Of a stretch of 20,659 nucleotides of DNA, positions 7,952-16,557 are shown in pieces. Both the position numbers and the translations under genes were made by a program. The DNA is from a virus (Duplodnaviria; Heunggongvirae; Uroviricota; Caudoviricetes). A model generated the notes under the pieces. The model was not told where the DNA came from, did not search any database, and worked only from the letters and a program-made list of their open reading frames with translations. Where the stretch lies: positions 1 to 20,659 of IMG/VR virus record IMGVR_UViG_2778261527_000010. One strand, written 5' to 3'. Positions within the stretch are counted from its first letter, which is position 1. Each line of letters starts with the position of its first letter.

Positions 7952-7971
7952 CACTGTTTATAATTACAGTA
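7952..7971. promoter_or_regulatory. LexA (SOS) box upstream of the tum-like operon
   Basis: cACTGTttataattACAGta: perfect CTGT-N8-ACAG with AT-rich spacer; a second half-match (tactgtatgtataacc) lies adjacent at 7937-7953. Confidence 0.7.
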
Positions 7972-8063
7972 TATAATAATATTACTGATGTAAAACGTTT
8001 TTTTACGTTTATCAGCCTGATATGCCTGGTATTATTAAGAGCACGAATGGTTAACCATCGTAA

Positions 8064-10478
8064 TTAATACAGGTTTCGCCACTTATCATCTTCCTGCAAA
8101 CGCTGGTTCCGATAGAAGATACGCAGGCCTGCTCCTGACGGAATACTGCCGCCGCGAAGGAGTAAATCGACCTCTTTCTCGCTACCATCAAACCCTCTGG
8201 ACTTCAGCTCATACTCGAGCTGCTGTCGCTGATGGTCTGTAATTCGCTGTTTGTAGTCTTTACGCCGTTTCGGTTTAACCAGGTGTAACCTTGCTGCCAG
8301 TTCCCGGCGTTCTTTTTTGCTCATACTGTGCAGGTAATCGTGCAACTCCTTGTCATCCATGCGGGTGATATCCGTTCTGGTATCCCCATCAGCTGATTTG
8401 TCTTTCCCTTGTTGGTTCAAATTTTCAGCAAGGGGACAGTTATTGCCACGAGTCCAAGGGGCGCAAGCGCCCTGGTCGGCTGCCGCCTCCTGAACGTCAA
8501 CGGCTTTACGAACCATTTTCCACTTCACTGCATGAGTGCAGATCTTGCCCTCTGCAATGGGTGACCAGATGCCATAAATACGAATGCCGTGATCGCCATA
8601 GGCGGTCGGCTCTTCGTTGATTTCATAAGCGGTTCTGATGAGGTGATATTTACGGGGAACCAGTACGCCGCCCTGCTTCATGATGTAGGTGGCAAAACAA
8701 CCAGCATCAGCAGCAGCCAGGATGGCATCAAGGCGCGGGTTATCCAGTACCGGCGCACCTGCTTTTTTGTCCCCCTGTTGCCTTGCCGCCTGACCAGCCA
8801 GCAATCGCAGTTCACGGTAAGCCTGACGCCCCGGAATGCCAAAGAAGCGGAATTGCTGAACACGATGCAAAGACGCCCAGGCATTCACGTATTCAGCGTT
8901 ATCACGCAGAGATTTACCCGTTTCCTTGCTGATCTCGCCAGCCAGACCACGCCCGTCAATGTTCTTACTGATGTATTTCGCTATGTAGCTTGTCGGCGTT
9001 CCTTTGCGCGGGTTAATCAGCTCAGACTTAAAGCGCGGCCCCGTGTTATTGCCCAGCTCCTCGCGGTCTTCACGGATAGCAAACTTACGCAACAATGCAG
9101 TAATGGCTCGGCGGTCTTTTTTGCGCATGAAACACAACAGGTGCCAGTGAACTGTGCCGTCGTGATGCGGCTCAGCCACCCGCACGCCATACCAGCGCAA
9201 CCCGGCTTTGTGCATCGCCTTACGAAATGCAGCAAACATACCGACCAGATAATCGCTGCTTTGTCTTACCGTCGCATTTGTCCAGGTCGGGTTGGGCCTG
9301 CCGTTATTTAGCGTGGAATGGAAACGTGACGGACAGGTGATGGTGTAGAAAACGGCGCAGTCACCGCGCATTTCCGCGATAAGCTCCAGACCTTTAACAC
9401 AGGCCATCATCTCATTGCGGCGATGCGCAGGGTTGCTGCTGCTGGCGTTTACCACATCCTCCATGTCCAGCGTGTCGCCGTCTTCGTTCACCAGTTCATG
9501 AGAACGGAAAAACTCCAGCGACTTACGGCGCTGCTCACGTTTATGCAACACGGCTTCATAGCTGACATAGGGAGATGCTTTTTTGCTGACAAGGCAGACA
9601 GCACGCAACTGCTCTTCCCGCCATTCGCAACGCATCTTCCATAATTTCCGATACCACCAGTCGGCGCACAACATACGCGCCAGCGAACCCGGAATGAGTT
9701 CATAGGGCACGGGTTTACGGCGGTTTCTTTTCCGACGGAGTTGCTCAAACGCAGGCGGGATGACATCCAGACGCAGGGTTTCCGCTGCCACCCTTTCCCA
9801 TGTCTTGCGGATTTCTTCTGGCTTAACGTCATCGGTGGCATACAAATCGCCACAAGCGGCATCAAGGCACATACTCATATGCGCAGCTACCAGGGTGGAC
9901 AGGCGTTTCACCTGATCCTGACTCATTTCAGGCAGGATCAGCAGGCCGTCCAGCCCTTCATGGCTTGCCATAAAGCGAAAAGATGCAGATAGCTGACTGT
10001 CGCGTACATGCTCCAGTCGTTCCAGACATGGCTTAATCGTCTCACGTAAATAGCGGGAATAAGCCTTTGGCCTGCCCAGGCTGCTGAAGTATTCAATACG
10101 TTGCATCAGCGGCTTGCTGATATGGGAAGGCTGGGCGTTGACGTCCGCCAGAATGACCATATCCGGATTAAAACACTGCTGCTCATGCGCCAGCTTTGCC
10201 CGACTAATGAGCTTATCCTGTTCCATTTCGCGCTGGACAGGATCACGGGATTCATTAAAGAAATAACGCTCCCAGACCTGATCACTCAGCGCCTCACGGC
10301 GCAGCTGTTCCTGCTCGTTATCGGCAGCGTACAGAGTGATCAGGTTTGAAAGCGTAGAAACCGGCGCAACTTCCGCCGGGTCCAGATAAGGGTTAATGGC
10401 CTTTTTCGGGCTGTTCCATGAGAACGATGCGGCAGCTTCGTTAAAGCCGCAGCAGTTGTTCATATCGGCATGACTCAT
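8064..10478 (-). CDS. A: P2 gpA-like rolling-circle replication initiator endonuclease (804 aa)
   Basis: Active-site tyrosine motif [13 protein letters not shown] and metal-binding [15 protein letters not shown] as in P2 A; ATGA overlap with upstream dam-like gene. Confidence 0.9.
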   Translation of the reverse strand: MSHADMNNCCGFNEAAASFSWNSPKKAINPYLDPAEVAPVSTLSNLITLYAADNEQEQLRREALSDQVWERYFFNESRDPVQREMEQDKLISRAKLAHEQQCFNPDMVILADVNAQPSHISKPLMQRIEYFSSLGRPKAYSRYLRETIKPCLERLEHVRDSQLSASFRFMASHEGLDGLLILPEMSQDQVKRLSTLVAAHMSMCLDAACGDLYATDDVKPEEIRKTWERVAAETLRLDVIPPAFEQLRRKRNRRKPVPYELIPGSLARMLCADWWYRKLWKMRCEWREEQLRAVCLVSKKASPYVSYEAVLHKREQRRKSLEFFRSHELVNEDGDTLDMEDVVNASSSNPAHRRNEMMACVKGLELIAEMRGDCAVFYTITCPSRFHSTLNNGRPNPTWTNATVRQSSDYLVGMFAAFRKAMHKAGLRWYGVRVAEPHHDGTVHWHLLCFMRKKDRRAITALLRKFAIREDREELGNNTGPRFKSELINPRKGTPTSYIAKYISKNIDGRGLAGEISKETGKSLRDNAEYVNAWASLHRVQQFRFFGIPGRQAYRELRLLAGQAARQQGDKKAGAPVLDNPRLDAILAAADAGCFATYIMKQGGVLVPRKYHLIRTAYEINEEPTAYGDHGIRIYGIWSPIAEGKICTHAVKWKMVRKAVDVQEAAADQGACAPWTRGNNCPLAENLNQQGKDKSADGDTRTDITRMDDKELHDYLHSMSKKERRELAARLHLVKPKRRKDYKQRITDHQRQQLEYELKSRGFDGSEKEVDLLLRGGSIPSGAGLRIFYRNQRLQEDDKWRNLY

Positions 10479-11332
10479 GCACGTACTCCGTACACGGCAG
10501 AACTATCCACGCCACGCGAATAATCAAATCCCACCCAGCAGCGCGGCCCAGAAACAGCAATGATTTCTGTTGCTGATTTACCCTCGCCAGCTGCCACACC
10601 GATGCTGCGTTTTGCCTTGATGTAGTGGTGAGTAAAATTGCGATACAGCGAACGGATCAGGGATGTGTCACTGTTAGAAACAATGACCGGATGTCCTTCT
10701 GATGACCGATGTTCAAGAACAGATGCCAGGTGATACTGGTCATCTTCAGTGAAGCCGTCAGTGTGATAGCCGGAAAACGTACCGTCATACGGCGGATCGC
10801 AATACACCACATCCCCCGCCTTCAACATCGCCAGCGTTTCATCAAAGCTGGCGCAGATAAACGTTGCTCGCTGGGCCTTTTCTGCAAATGCGCGAATTTC
10901 TTTTTCAGGGAAATACGGATTTTTATAATTACCGTAGGGAATGTTGAAATGCCCGCTCTTGTTATAGCGACATAAACCACGGTAACCGTGACGATTGAGA
11001 TACAGGAAATATACCGCTTTCATGAAATCAGTAATTTCAGTTGAGTAATTAAACTCCTGCCTTATGTTGTAATAAGCCACCTCCCTGTTTGCGATCTCAA
11101 ATAAAACTCTGGCGCGAGATATAAACGATTCACAATCAGCGGCAACCTTTTTATAGAGGTTGATTAAATCAGGATTAATATCCGCAACCAGATAGCTGGG
11201 ATAATCCGTCTCCATCATCACAGCACAGGAACCCGCGAAAGGTTCAACCAGTCGCGGGCCAGCAGGAAGATGTTTTTTCAGTTCGGACATTATGGCAGTT
11301 TTATTTCCCGCCCATTTCAGGATGGTGCTCAT
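10475..11332 (-). CDS. Dam-like N6-adenine DNA methyltransferase (285 aa)
   Basis: ILKWAGNK and [10 protein letters not shown] (AdoMet-binding), DPPY catalytic motif; GGAGGT RBS 5 nt before ATG 11332; ATGA overlaps with both neighbours. Confidence 0.8.
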   Translation of the reverse strand: MSTILKWAGNKTAIMSELKKHLPAGPRLVEPFAGSCAVMMETDYPSYLVADINPDLINLYKKVAADCESFISRARVLFEIANREVAYYNIRQEFNYSTEITDFMKAVYFLYLNRHGYRGLCRYNKSGHFNIPYGNYKNPYFPEKEIRAFAEKAQRATFICASFDETLAMLKAGDVVYCDPPYDGTFSGYHTDGFTEDDQYHLASVLEHRSSEGHPVIVSNSDTSLIRSLYRNFTHHYIKAKRSIGVAAGEGKSATEIIAVSGPRCWVGFDYSRGVDSSAVYGVRA

Positions 11333-11556
11333 ACAGCACCTCCGTTGTAATGTTTGCCTTTCAGCTCTGCGATTTCCTGACAGGTAATGCAAAGCTGCAC
11401 ACCCGGAATGGCACGGCGGCGTGCTGGCGGAATTGGCGCTTCACACTCAATGCAAAGCACGCGTGACACGCCCGGTGTTTTGGCACGGGCTGCACGGATA
11501 TGGCGCTGGCGTTCTTCTTCAACGCGCTGCTGTACGAGATCCATTGCATCAGCCAT
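11329..11556 (-). CDS. TraR/DksA-family C4 zinc-finger protein
   Basis: C-x2-C...C-x2-C (CIECEAPIPPARRRAIPGVQLCITCQ); start overlaps stop of upstream ORF (TAATG). Confidence 0.7.
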   Translation of the reverse strand: MADAMDLVQQRVEEERQRHIRAARAKTPGVSRVLCIECEAPIPPARRRAIPGVQLCITCQEIAELKGKHYNGGAV

Positions 11557-11789
11557 TAGTGGATCTCCTGCGCTTCGTTCTGGATTGCTTCAGCAGTCAC
11601 ACGCAGCAGTTCTGCTGCTTCGACGTGGTTTAGCTGGCAGATTGTGATATGACACGCTAGGCTATCAAGGCGGGCAGCCATTGCCTCAGCCCTTGCCCGG
11701 CGTTCTTCCAGACGAGCCTCTGTCAGTAAAATATTAAGCCCTGCGTCATCCGGTCTGGTTTTGGTCGAGAGGGTTTCAATATTACGCAT
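11556..11789 (-). CDS. hypothetical phage early protein (77 aa)
   Basis: AGGAGA RBS 7 nt upstream of ATG 11789; coupled to the TraR-like gene. Confidence 0.45.
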   Translation of the reverse strand: MRNIETLSTKTRPDDAGLNILLTEARLEERRARAEAMAARLDSLACHITICQLNHVEAAELLRVTAEAIQNEAQEIH

Positions 11790-11856
11790 AATCAATTCTC
11801 CTGAATTTAGATAAAGGGATGCACGGCGGGTTTACGCCATTAATTTCATTAGTTGC

Positions 11857-12198
11857 TTAATTCGGCATGGTTAGCCGTCTGGGAAATAAGCTCACCACTG
11901 CACGAAAATGATTCATTGCTTTAATCAACTCCCGCTTTTCGTCAGTGGTCAGCTCATTAATGCTGATGCTATGACGTTCAGCTGGAATTTTTGCCATAAA
12001 GAATATGGCAGCCAGTGCCCGTTTATTTTGTTCATTATTGATATCCCGTGGATCACGCATATCTTTAATAAACCGCTCAAGCTCTGACTCAATATTCAAA
12101 CCAAAAACTTTCGCCCTTAACTCCGCAATATGATTAAGTCCATTCAGGCGTTCACCGGGTCTTAATGGAACAGTCGCCGCAGCGCCTTCAATAGCCAT
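11857..12198 (-). CDS. hypothetical phage early protein (113 aa)
   Basis: GGGGGA RBS 6 nt before ATG 12198; in the 186 fil/dhr-equivalent position. Confidence 0.5.
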   Translation of the reverse strand: MAIEGAAATVPLRPGERLNGLNHIAELRAKVFGLNIESELERFIKDMRDPRDINNEQNKRALAAIFFMAKIPAERHSISINELTTDEKRELIKAMNHFRAVVSLFPRRLTMPN

Positions 12199-12362
12199 TT
12201 GTTCCCCCGTTTTTTCGTAGATAGTTCTGCCAGCAATTCATCTTGTGAACGGCACGGATGCCAGCGTTTACCATCCTCACCCATGATCCAGCCGTGACCG
12301 TAGTGCATTGCCGGACTTTGTTTTACCAGCAGCGATGCAAATGATGGTTCTTTCGTCAGCAT
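12162..12362 (-). CDS. hypothetical small protein (66 aa)
   Basis: AGGTG RBS before ATG 12362; 37-nt overlap with the downstream gene. Confidence 0.35.
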   Translation of the reverse strand: MLTKEPSFASLLVKQSPAMHYGHGWIMGEDGKRWHPCRSQDELLAELSTKKRGNKWLLKALRRLFH

Positions 12363-12369
12363 AAGCACC

Positions 12370-12879
12370 TCACAGCAAACCGAATGAAGCACCGAGGCCA
12401 GTTACAGTATCAACTGCACTTGCCATCGCAGGATTAACCTGTAAACGGGCCTGCAATGAAACAGCAGCTAACGCCATCAGTCGTGTAACAGAGTTAATGC
12501 TGCTGATAGCATCACGACGACCTGCACTGGTTTTTACATCGCCAGATACCGCACCTGCAGCAACACGCCCGATCTCTGCGGTTGCACTCATGACGTAATG
12601 TGGCAGTTTCTCTTTTGCCACCTCATTAATCGGTACACATGGCAGGCAGTGAATCTGTGCCAGAAAACCGTCTACCAGCGTTGAATCTTCCGTCAGATCG
12701 GTAAGTAGCCAGATATCTGGCGCATTGAGCTGATGCGGTTGATCTGGGTTGAGTTTGTTTCGCAGAGTCTGGACATTCATTCCTGCACGTTCTGCCAGCT
12801 TCGCCATATTGTGACGAAGTGCAAAAGCTCTACAGGCTTCATCAAAATGCGGGTGTTTGGAAATCTTATAATCAAACAT
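12370..12879 (-). CDS. cII: phage 186 CII-like transcriptional activator (169 aa)
   Basis: MFDYKISKHPHFDEACRAFALRHNMAKLAERAGMNVQTLRNKLNPDQPHQ... HTH protein matching 186 CII in length and sequence as I recall it. Confidence 0.85.
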   Translation of the reverse strand: MFDYKISKHPHFDEACRAFALRHNMAKLAERAGMNVQTLRNKLNPDQPHQLNAPDIWLLTDLTEDSTLVDGFLAQIHCLPCVPINEVAKEKLPHYVMSATAEIGRVAAGAVSGDVKTSAGRRDAISSINSVTRLMALAAVSLQARLQVNPAMASAVDTVTGLGASFGLL

Positions 12880-12911
12880 GCTACCCCCTTAGAAAGTTCT
12901 CATAATTGAAC

Positions 12912-13154
12912 TTACTTACCAACAATGACGCGGAAGTTGGAATGACCGAGGGATTCACGGACCTGATCGGTTTTGTACATTAAATAACGCAGGCTTACGC
13001 GGCCTTTGTTTTTTTCTTTCTTGACCATGTATTTAGCAAGCTGACCATGGTGAATTTTTTGATACACAGAGCCGCGGGAGATACCTTCCCATTCCGCGAA
13101 CTCTGCAGGCGTAGCCATCTCTTTTGGTACACGAATTGAAATATCAGTGCTCAT
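12912..13154 (-). CDS. apl: Apl/Cox-like small HTH excisionase/regulator (80 aa)
   Basis: First gene of the lytic operon, divergent from cI; HTH-like EFAEWEGISRGSVYQKIHHGQL; GGGAGA RBS. Confidence 0.6.
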   Translation of the reverse strand: MSTDISIRVPKEMATPAEFAEWEGISRGSVYQKIHHGQLAKYMVKKEKNKGRVSLRYLMYKTDQVRESLGHSNFRVIVGK

Positions 13155-13210
13155 AGTGCAGTATCTCCCGATTAAGGTTTGGTTTACGTCGTTTTATCTC
13201 GTTTTACTTG

Positions 13211-13259
13211 ATTCAATATTTGATACATCGAGATACTACGATCCAATATTTGATACGTC
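13211..13259. repeat. two direct repeats (caatatttgatac, 13214-13226 and 13244-13256; 17/19 identity when extended) in the immunity switch region; candidate operator sites
   Basis: Identical 13-mers 30 bp apart; one lies between -35 and -10 of the lytic promoter, the other just downstream of its predicted start. Confidence 0.45.
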
Positions 13260-13261
13260 AA
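13233..13261 (-). promoter_or_regulatory. pR-like lytic promoter for apl-cII operon
   Basis: Minus strand TTGACG-17 nt-TAGTAT; correctly placed upstream of apl. Confidence 0.55.
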
Positions 13262-13273
13262 CAGGATTAAAAA

Positions 13274-13906
13274 ATGATACAGGTAAAGGTTGGAGAGAAT
13301 ACAGGGGGAAGAGAGGCTATCCATAGACTAATGGCAGCCTATGATTTCAAGTCCAGACAGCAACTTTGCGATCACTTAGGCGCATCAAAAAGCACCATGG
13401 CAAACAGATACTTAAGAGATAGTTTTCCTGCAGAGTGGGTGATTCAGTGCGCCTTGGAAACAGGAGTTTCTTTATTGTGGCTAACCACCGGACAGGGGGA
13501 GCCAGGTCCAAACATTGAACCTAAAAAAAATATCAATTCCGTGAACTCCAGCAAGGTTGTACCTCTTTCTGAACTAGTATCTCCTGAAATTGACAAGGCG
13601 ACTCTCAACGGTGGTTTATTGGTCGATGCTGGAAAAGCAATCATTGATAGCAGCATACTCCCCTCAGACTCAAGCAACCTACTGCTGGTGACTACTTCTG
13701 GTGATTCTTATTTAATAGATCGCAACCAAACACCACCAGTAAATGGTATGTGGTTAGTCGATATCGACGGGATAAAAAGCATCGTTAAATTGACTCGACT
13801 CCCGGGAAACAAATTAGTAGTGCATCAGGATGATTCATCGTTTGAGTGCGGTCTGGATGACATTGAGGTAGTAGGCCGCGCACTGAAAATCATTAAGAGC
13901 CTTTGA
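13274..13906 (+). CDS. cI: CI-like immunity repressor (210 aa)
   Basis: N-terminal HTH (SRQQLCDHLGASKSTMANRYLR); divergent from apl; immediately upstream of int as in 186. Confidence 0.75.
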   Translation: MIQVKVGENTGGREAIHRLMAAYDFKSRQQLCDHLGASKSTMANRYLRDSFPAEWVIQCALETGVSLLWLTTGQGEPGPNIEPKKNINSVNSSKVVPLSELVSPEIDKATLNGGLLVDAGKAIIDSSILPSDSSNLLLVTTSGDSYLIDRNQTPPVNGMWLVDIDGIKSIVKLTRLPGNKLVVHQDDSSFECGLDDIEVVGRALKIIKSL

Positions 13907-13907
13907 T

Positions 13908-14924
13908 ATGACCATCAGAAAACAGCCGAACGGAAAATGGTTGTGTGAGTGCTATCCCAATGGACGCAATGGCAAGCGCGTGCGTAAGCAATTTGCCACG
14001 AAAGGCGAAGCCATTGCGTTTGAAAGCTTCACAATGGAAGAAGTGAATAAAAAACCGTGGTTGGGTGAAAAGGATGATCGGCGACGCCTATCAGAATTAA
14101 TTGAGCTTTGGTATTCCCTGTATGGTCAGACACTCGCAGACCCCAAGCGCCTCATGGCGAAACTTAGAATTATCTGTAATGGCCTAGGCGACCCCATCGC
14201 CTCAGAACTGACAGCCGGAGACTTTACGAAATACCGCGAAGCACGGTTAAAAGGTGAAATACGAAATGAAGATGGCACGCTTATGTCGCCCGTTAAGCCC
14301 CGCACGGTAAACCTTGAACAACGCAATCTATCATCGGTGTTCGGTACATTAAAAAAACTAGGACACTGGTCAGCACCAAACCCGCTGGCAGGACTTCCGA
14401 CCTTCAAAATTGCCGAAGGTGAGCTGGCTTTTCTTTCCACGGACGAAATCAAGCGCCTGTTGGCGGCATGTGCTGAATCTCAAAGCCCTAGCTTACTAAT
14501 GATTGCAAAAATATGCCTAGCTACTGGCGCACGGTGGAGTGAAGCAGAAAATTTGCAGGGCCATCAGTTATCCAAATACCGCATCACTTATACCAAGACG
14601 AAGGGCAAGAAAAACCGTACCGTGCCAATATCTCAGGATCTGTACAACGAACTTCCTAAAAATCGAGGGAAGTTATTCTCACCATGCAGAAAAGCCTTTG
14701 AGCGTGCAGTAAAGCGGGCCGATATTGAGCTTCCTGAGGGTCAATGCACCCATGTATTACGTCATACATTCGCCAGCCATTTTATGATGAACGGAGGAAA
14801 CATACTTGTGCTTAAAGAAATTTTAGGCCATGCCGATATAAAAATGACCATGATTTATGCGCACTTTTCTCCAGATCATCTGGAGGATGCGGTAACTAAA
14901 AATCCTTTAAACTATATAGAGTGA
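13908..14924 (+). CDS. int: tyrosine integrase, P2/186 family (338 aa)
   Basis: Catalytic-region motifs ATGARWSEA, HVLRHTFASHF, LGHADIKMTMIYAHF; adjacent to attR. Confidence 0.9.
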   Translation: MTIRKQPNGKWLCECYPNGRNGKRVRKQFATKGEAIAFESFTMEEVNKKPWLGEKDDRRRLSELIELWYSLYGQTLADPKRLMAKLRIICNGLGDPIASELTAGDFTKYREARLKGEIRNEDGTLMSPVKPRTVNLEQRNLSSVFGTLKKLGHWSAPNPLAGLPTFKIAEGELAFLSTDEIKRLLAACAESQSPSLLMIAKICLATGARWSEAENLQGHQLSKYRITYTKTKGKKNRTVPISQDLYNELPKNRGKLFSPCRKAFERAVKRADIELPEGQCTHVLRHTFASHFMMNGGNILVLKEILGHADIKMTMIYAHFSPDHLEDAVTKNPLNYIE

Positions 14925-14928
14925 AAAC

Positions 14929-16164
14929 ATGGACGAAAAAAAATCCAGTACTCAATTAGAATCAGAAAAGAAAAATGCACTCTGGATTGATCACTTTCTT
15001 GAACGACTATTGAGCCATGAAGAATTAAATCCACCATTCAACATTAAAGGCGATATAGCCAGTGATTTTTCTAATCGATGTAAAATTTATATGACTTTAA
15101 TTGATGAATCAATAAAAGCAGACATGAATGGATGCGGTAGGGAACTTAGAGTTCTAAAAGGACGAGTTGCAAATATTCATAAGTGCATACAAAAAACTCT
15201 AGAGGAGTTTTTGTCTGGAGATATTAAAAAAGCATATGACATTTTCGATGACATTATGTCAAAGGAGGCAACAATAGCCCAACTAAATCGAATTAGTATC
15301 TTGCTAAAAGATTTTTGCAATAAGGAAAAGCCACTTTATCGGGTCAGAAAATCAGAAACGCCTTTGATTGAGCACAACCAAATATTTCATATTCCGTTTT
15401 CAAAAAGACATTTAGTGAATGCTCAAAGATATTCAGTCGCAGGCCAACCCTGCTTATATCTCGGTACATCCTTGTACGTATGTTGGCAAGAGATGGGAAA
15501 GCCAGATTTTGATAAATTATATATATCATCCTTCGTTACAAACGATGTAAATTCAACAATTTTAAATTTTGCTTCTCCTCACCTTTCACTTCCAATTAAA
15601 AAAACTGTTGATGAAAATAAAATATATGATGAAAACAGAACAAAAGCATCATACTTGATATTCTGGCCATTACTAATCGCTTGCAATTATTTAAAACGCG
15701 TAGAAAATTCATCATTCACACCTGAATATATAATCCCAAATTTATTAATGCAGTGGATCGGTCGTCGGGTTAAATCACCAATAGCGGGGATAGCATATTA
15801 CTCTACAAAAATGCCGAATTCTAGGAGCAGTAAATATTCTGTTAATGTTGTATTACCACCTAAAGCAACCTATAAGCAATCTATTCAATATGATTTTTGT
15901 CCAAAACTAGCTTCTTACTTCGAATTTACAGCCCCTATGTCTTGGCAAGTACTTAAAACCTTAGATTATCAAAATCAGTTTGAGATATCGAATGAACAAA
16001 GAATTGCCATCGATTACTTACGAAAAAAAGAAAAATTATCAGGTATAGCGAATTTTGAGGAAGACATCGTGAAGCTATATCCTCTTACAGATTTTCACAA
16101 ACTTGAATTATTGGTTGATCGGTTATTCAAACATCAAAAAATCGAACATACACTGCACACGTAA
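14929..16164 (+). CDS. RES-domain protein with N- and C-terminal extensions (411 aa)
   Basis: RES signature in order: PLYRVRKSE ... NAQRYSVAGQPCLYLGTSLYVCWQEMG (R, E) ... PIAGIAYYSTKMPNS (S); strongly AT-rich versus flanking int; lies between int and attR. Confidence 0.6.
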   Translation: MDEKKSSTQLESEKKNALWIDHFLERLLSHEELNPPFNIKGDIASDFSNRCKIYMTLIDESIKADMNGCGRELRVLKGRVANIHKCIQKTLEEFLSGDIKKAYDIFDDIMSKEATIAQLNRISILLKDFCNKEKPLYRVRKSETPLIEHNQIFHIPFSKRHLVNAQRYSVAGQPCLYLGTSLYVCWQEMGKPDFDKLYISSFVTNDVNSTILNFASPHLSLPIKKTVDENKIYDENRTKASYLIFWPLLIACNYLKRVENSSFTPEYIIPNLLMQWIGRRVKSPIAGIAYYSTKMPNSRSSKYSVNVVLPPKATYKQSIQYDFCPKLASYFEFTAPMSWQVLKTLDYQNQFEISNEQRIAIDYLRKKEKLSGIANFEEDIVKLYPLTDFHKLELLVDRLFKHQKIEHTLHT

Positions 16165-16278
16165 GTGGCGACACTTTGGCGGCAGAGCATTAAATACGCC
16201 TAAAACGACCAAACACAAATTAAGACTAATCAGTTGTTTTATTTGATAATTATATGTTTTTATTATAGTAATAATGGT

Positions 16279-16324
16279 ATGTAGGAATTTCGGACGCGAG
16301 TTCAACTCCCGCCAGCTCCACCAA
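16279..16324 (+). repeat. attR core: second copy of the 46-bp ssrA 3'-end repeat (one mismatch)
   Basis: atgtaggaatttcggacgcgagttcaactcccgccagctccaccaa; the mismatch would break a T-arm base pair, consistent with the displaced non-functional copy. Confidence 0.85.
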
Positions 16325-16450
16325 TCATGATTGGACGGTGTAAGGACAACACCAACAAAAACAGGAAGTTAGCAGTCTCAGCAGGACACCGACCAGACGG
16401 TGAGGAGACAAAAAAGGATACGCAAAGGAGCCGCGGCTCTCGAGTGACAC

Positions 16451-16480
16451 AAAAGCCCGCTTATGCGGGCTTTTTGTTTT
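16451..16480 (+). terminator. rho-independent terminator
   Basis: aaaagcccgc-ttat-gcgggc followed by tttttgttttt. Confidence 0.6.
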
Positions 16481-16557
16481 TCCCTTAAGTTCCTAGCCGC
16501 TTATCTATAACTATGGAAAAATGTTAACCCTGACTGTATGTTAACAAAGGGATGTAT

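Larger units (their letters stand above)
358..16324. mobile_element. defective P2/186-family prophage integrated into the 3' end of ssrA
   Basis: Flanking 46-bp direct repeats; P2-family integrase next to the right repeat; gene order int-cI-apl-cII-...-A-tum-[cargo]-Q'..T'-U-D-ogr mirrors the P2/186 map; capsid and most tail genes absent. Confidence 0.85.

Noticed and set aside
8589-9311. 240-aa plus-strand ORF inside the replication gene
   Set aside because: Antisense to gpA, which has unambiguous rolling-circle initiator motifs; no independent start signals.
8064-10478. Considered whether the 804-aa protein is a P4 alpha primase, i.e. a CP4-57/P4-like satellite at ssrA
   Set aside because: The [12 protein letters not shown] tyrosine motif and HHDGTVHWH metal site are those of P2 gpA-type initiators, and the neighbours (CII, Ogr, D, U, portal) are P2/186 helper-phage genes, not satellite genes.
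14126-14452. 108-aa minus-strand ORF inside int
   Set aside because: Antisense shadow of the integrase gene.
16428-16439. Perfect 12-bp palindrome gagccgcggctc between attR and the R gene
   Set aside because: Isolated short palindrome with no associated ORF or repeat array; too short to interpret.
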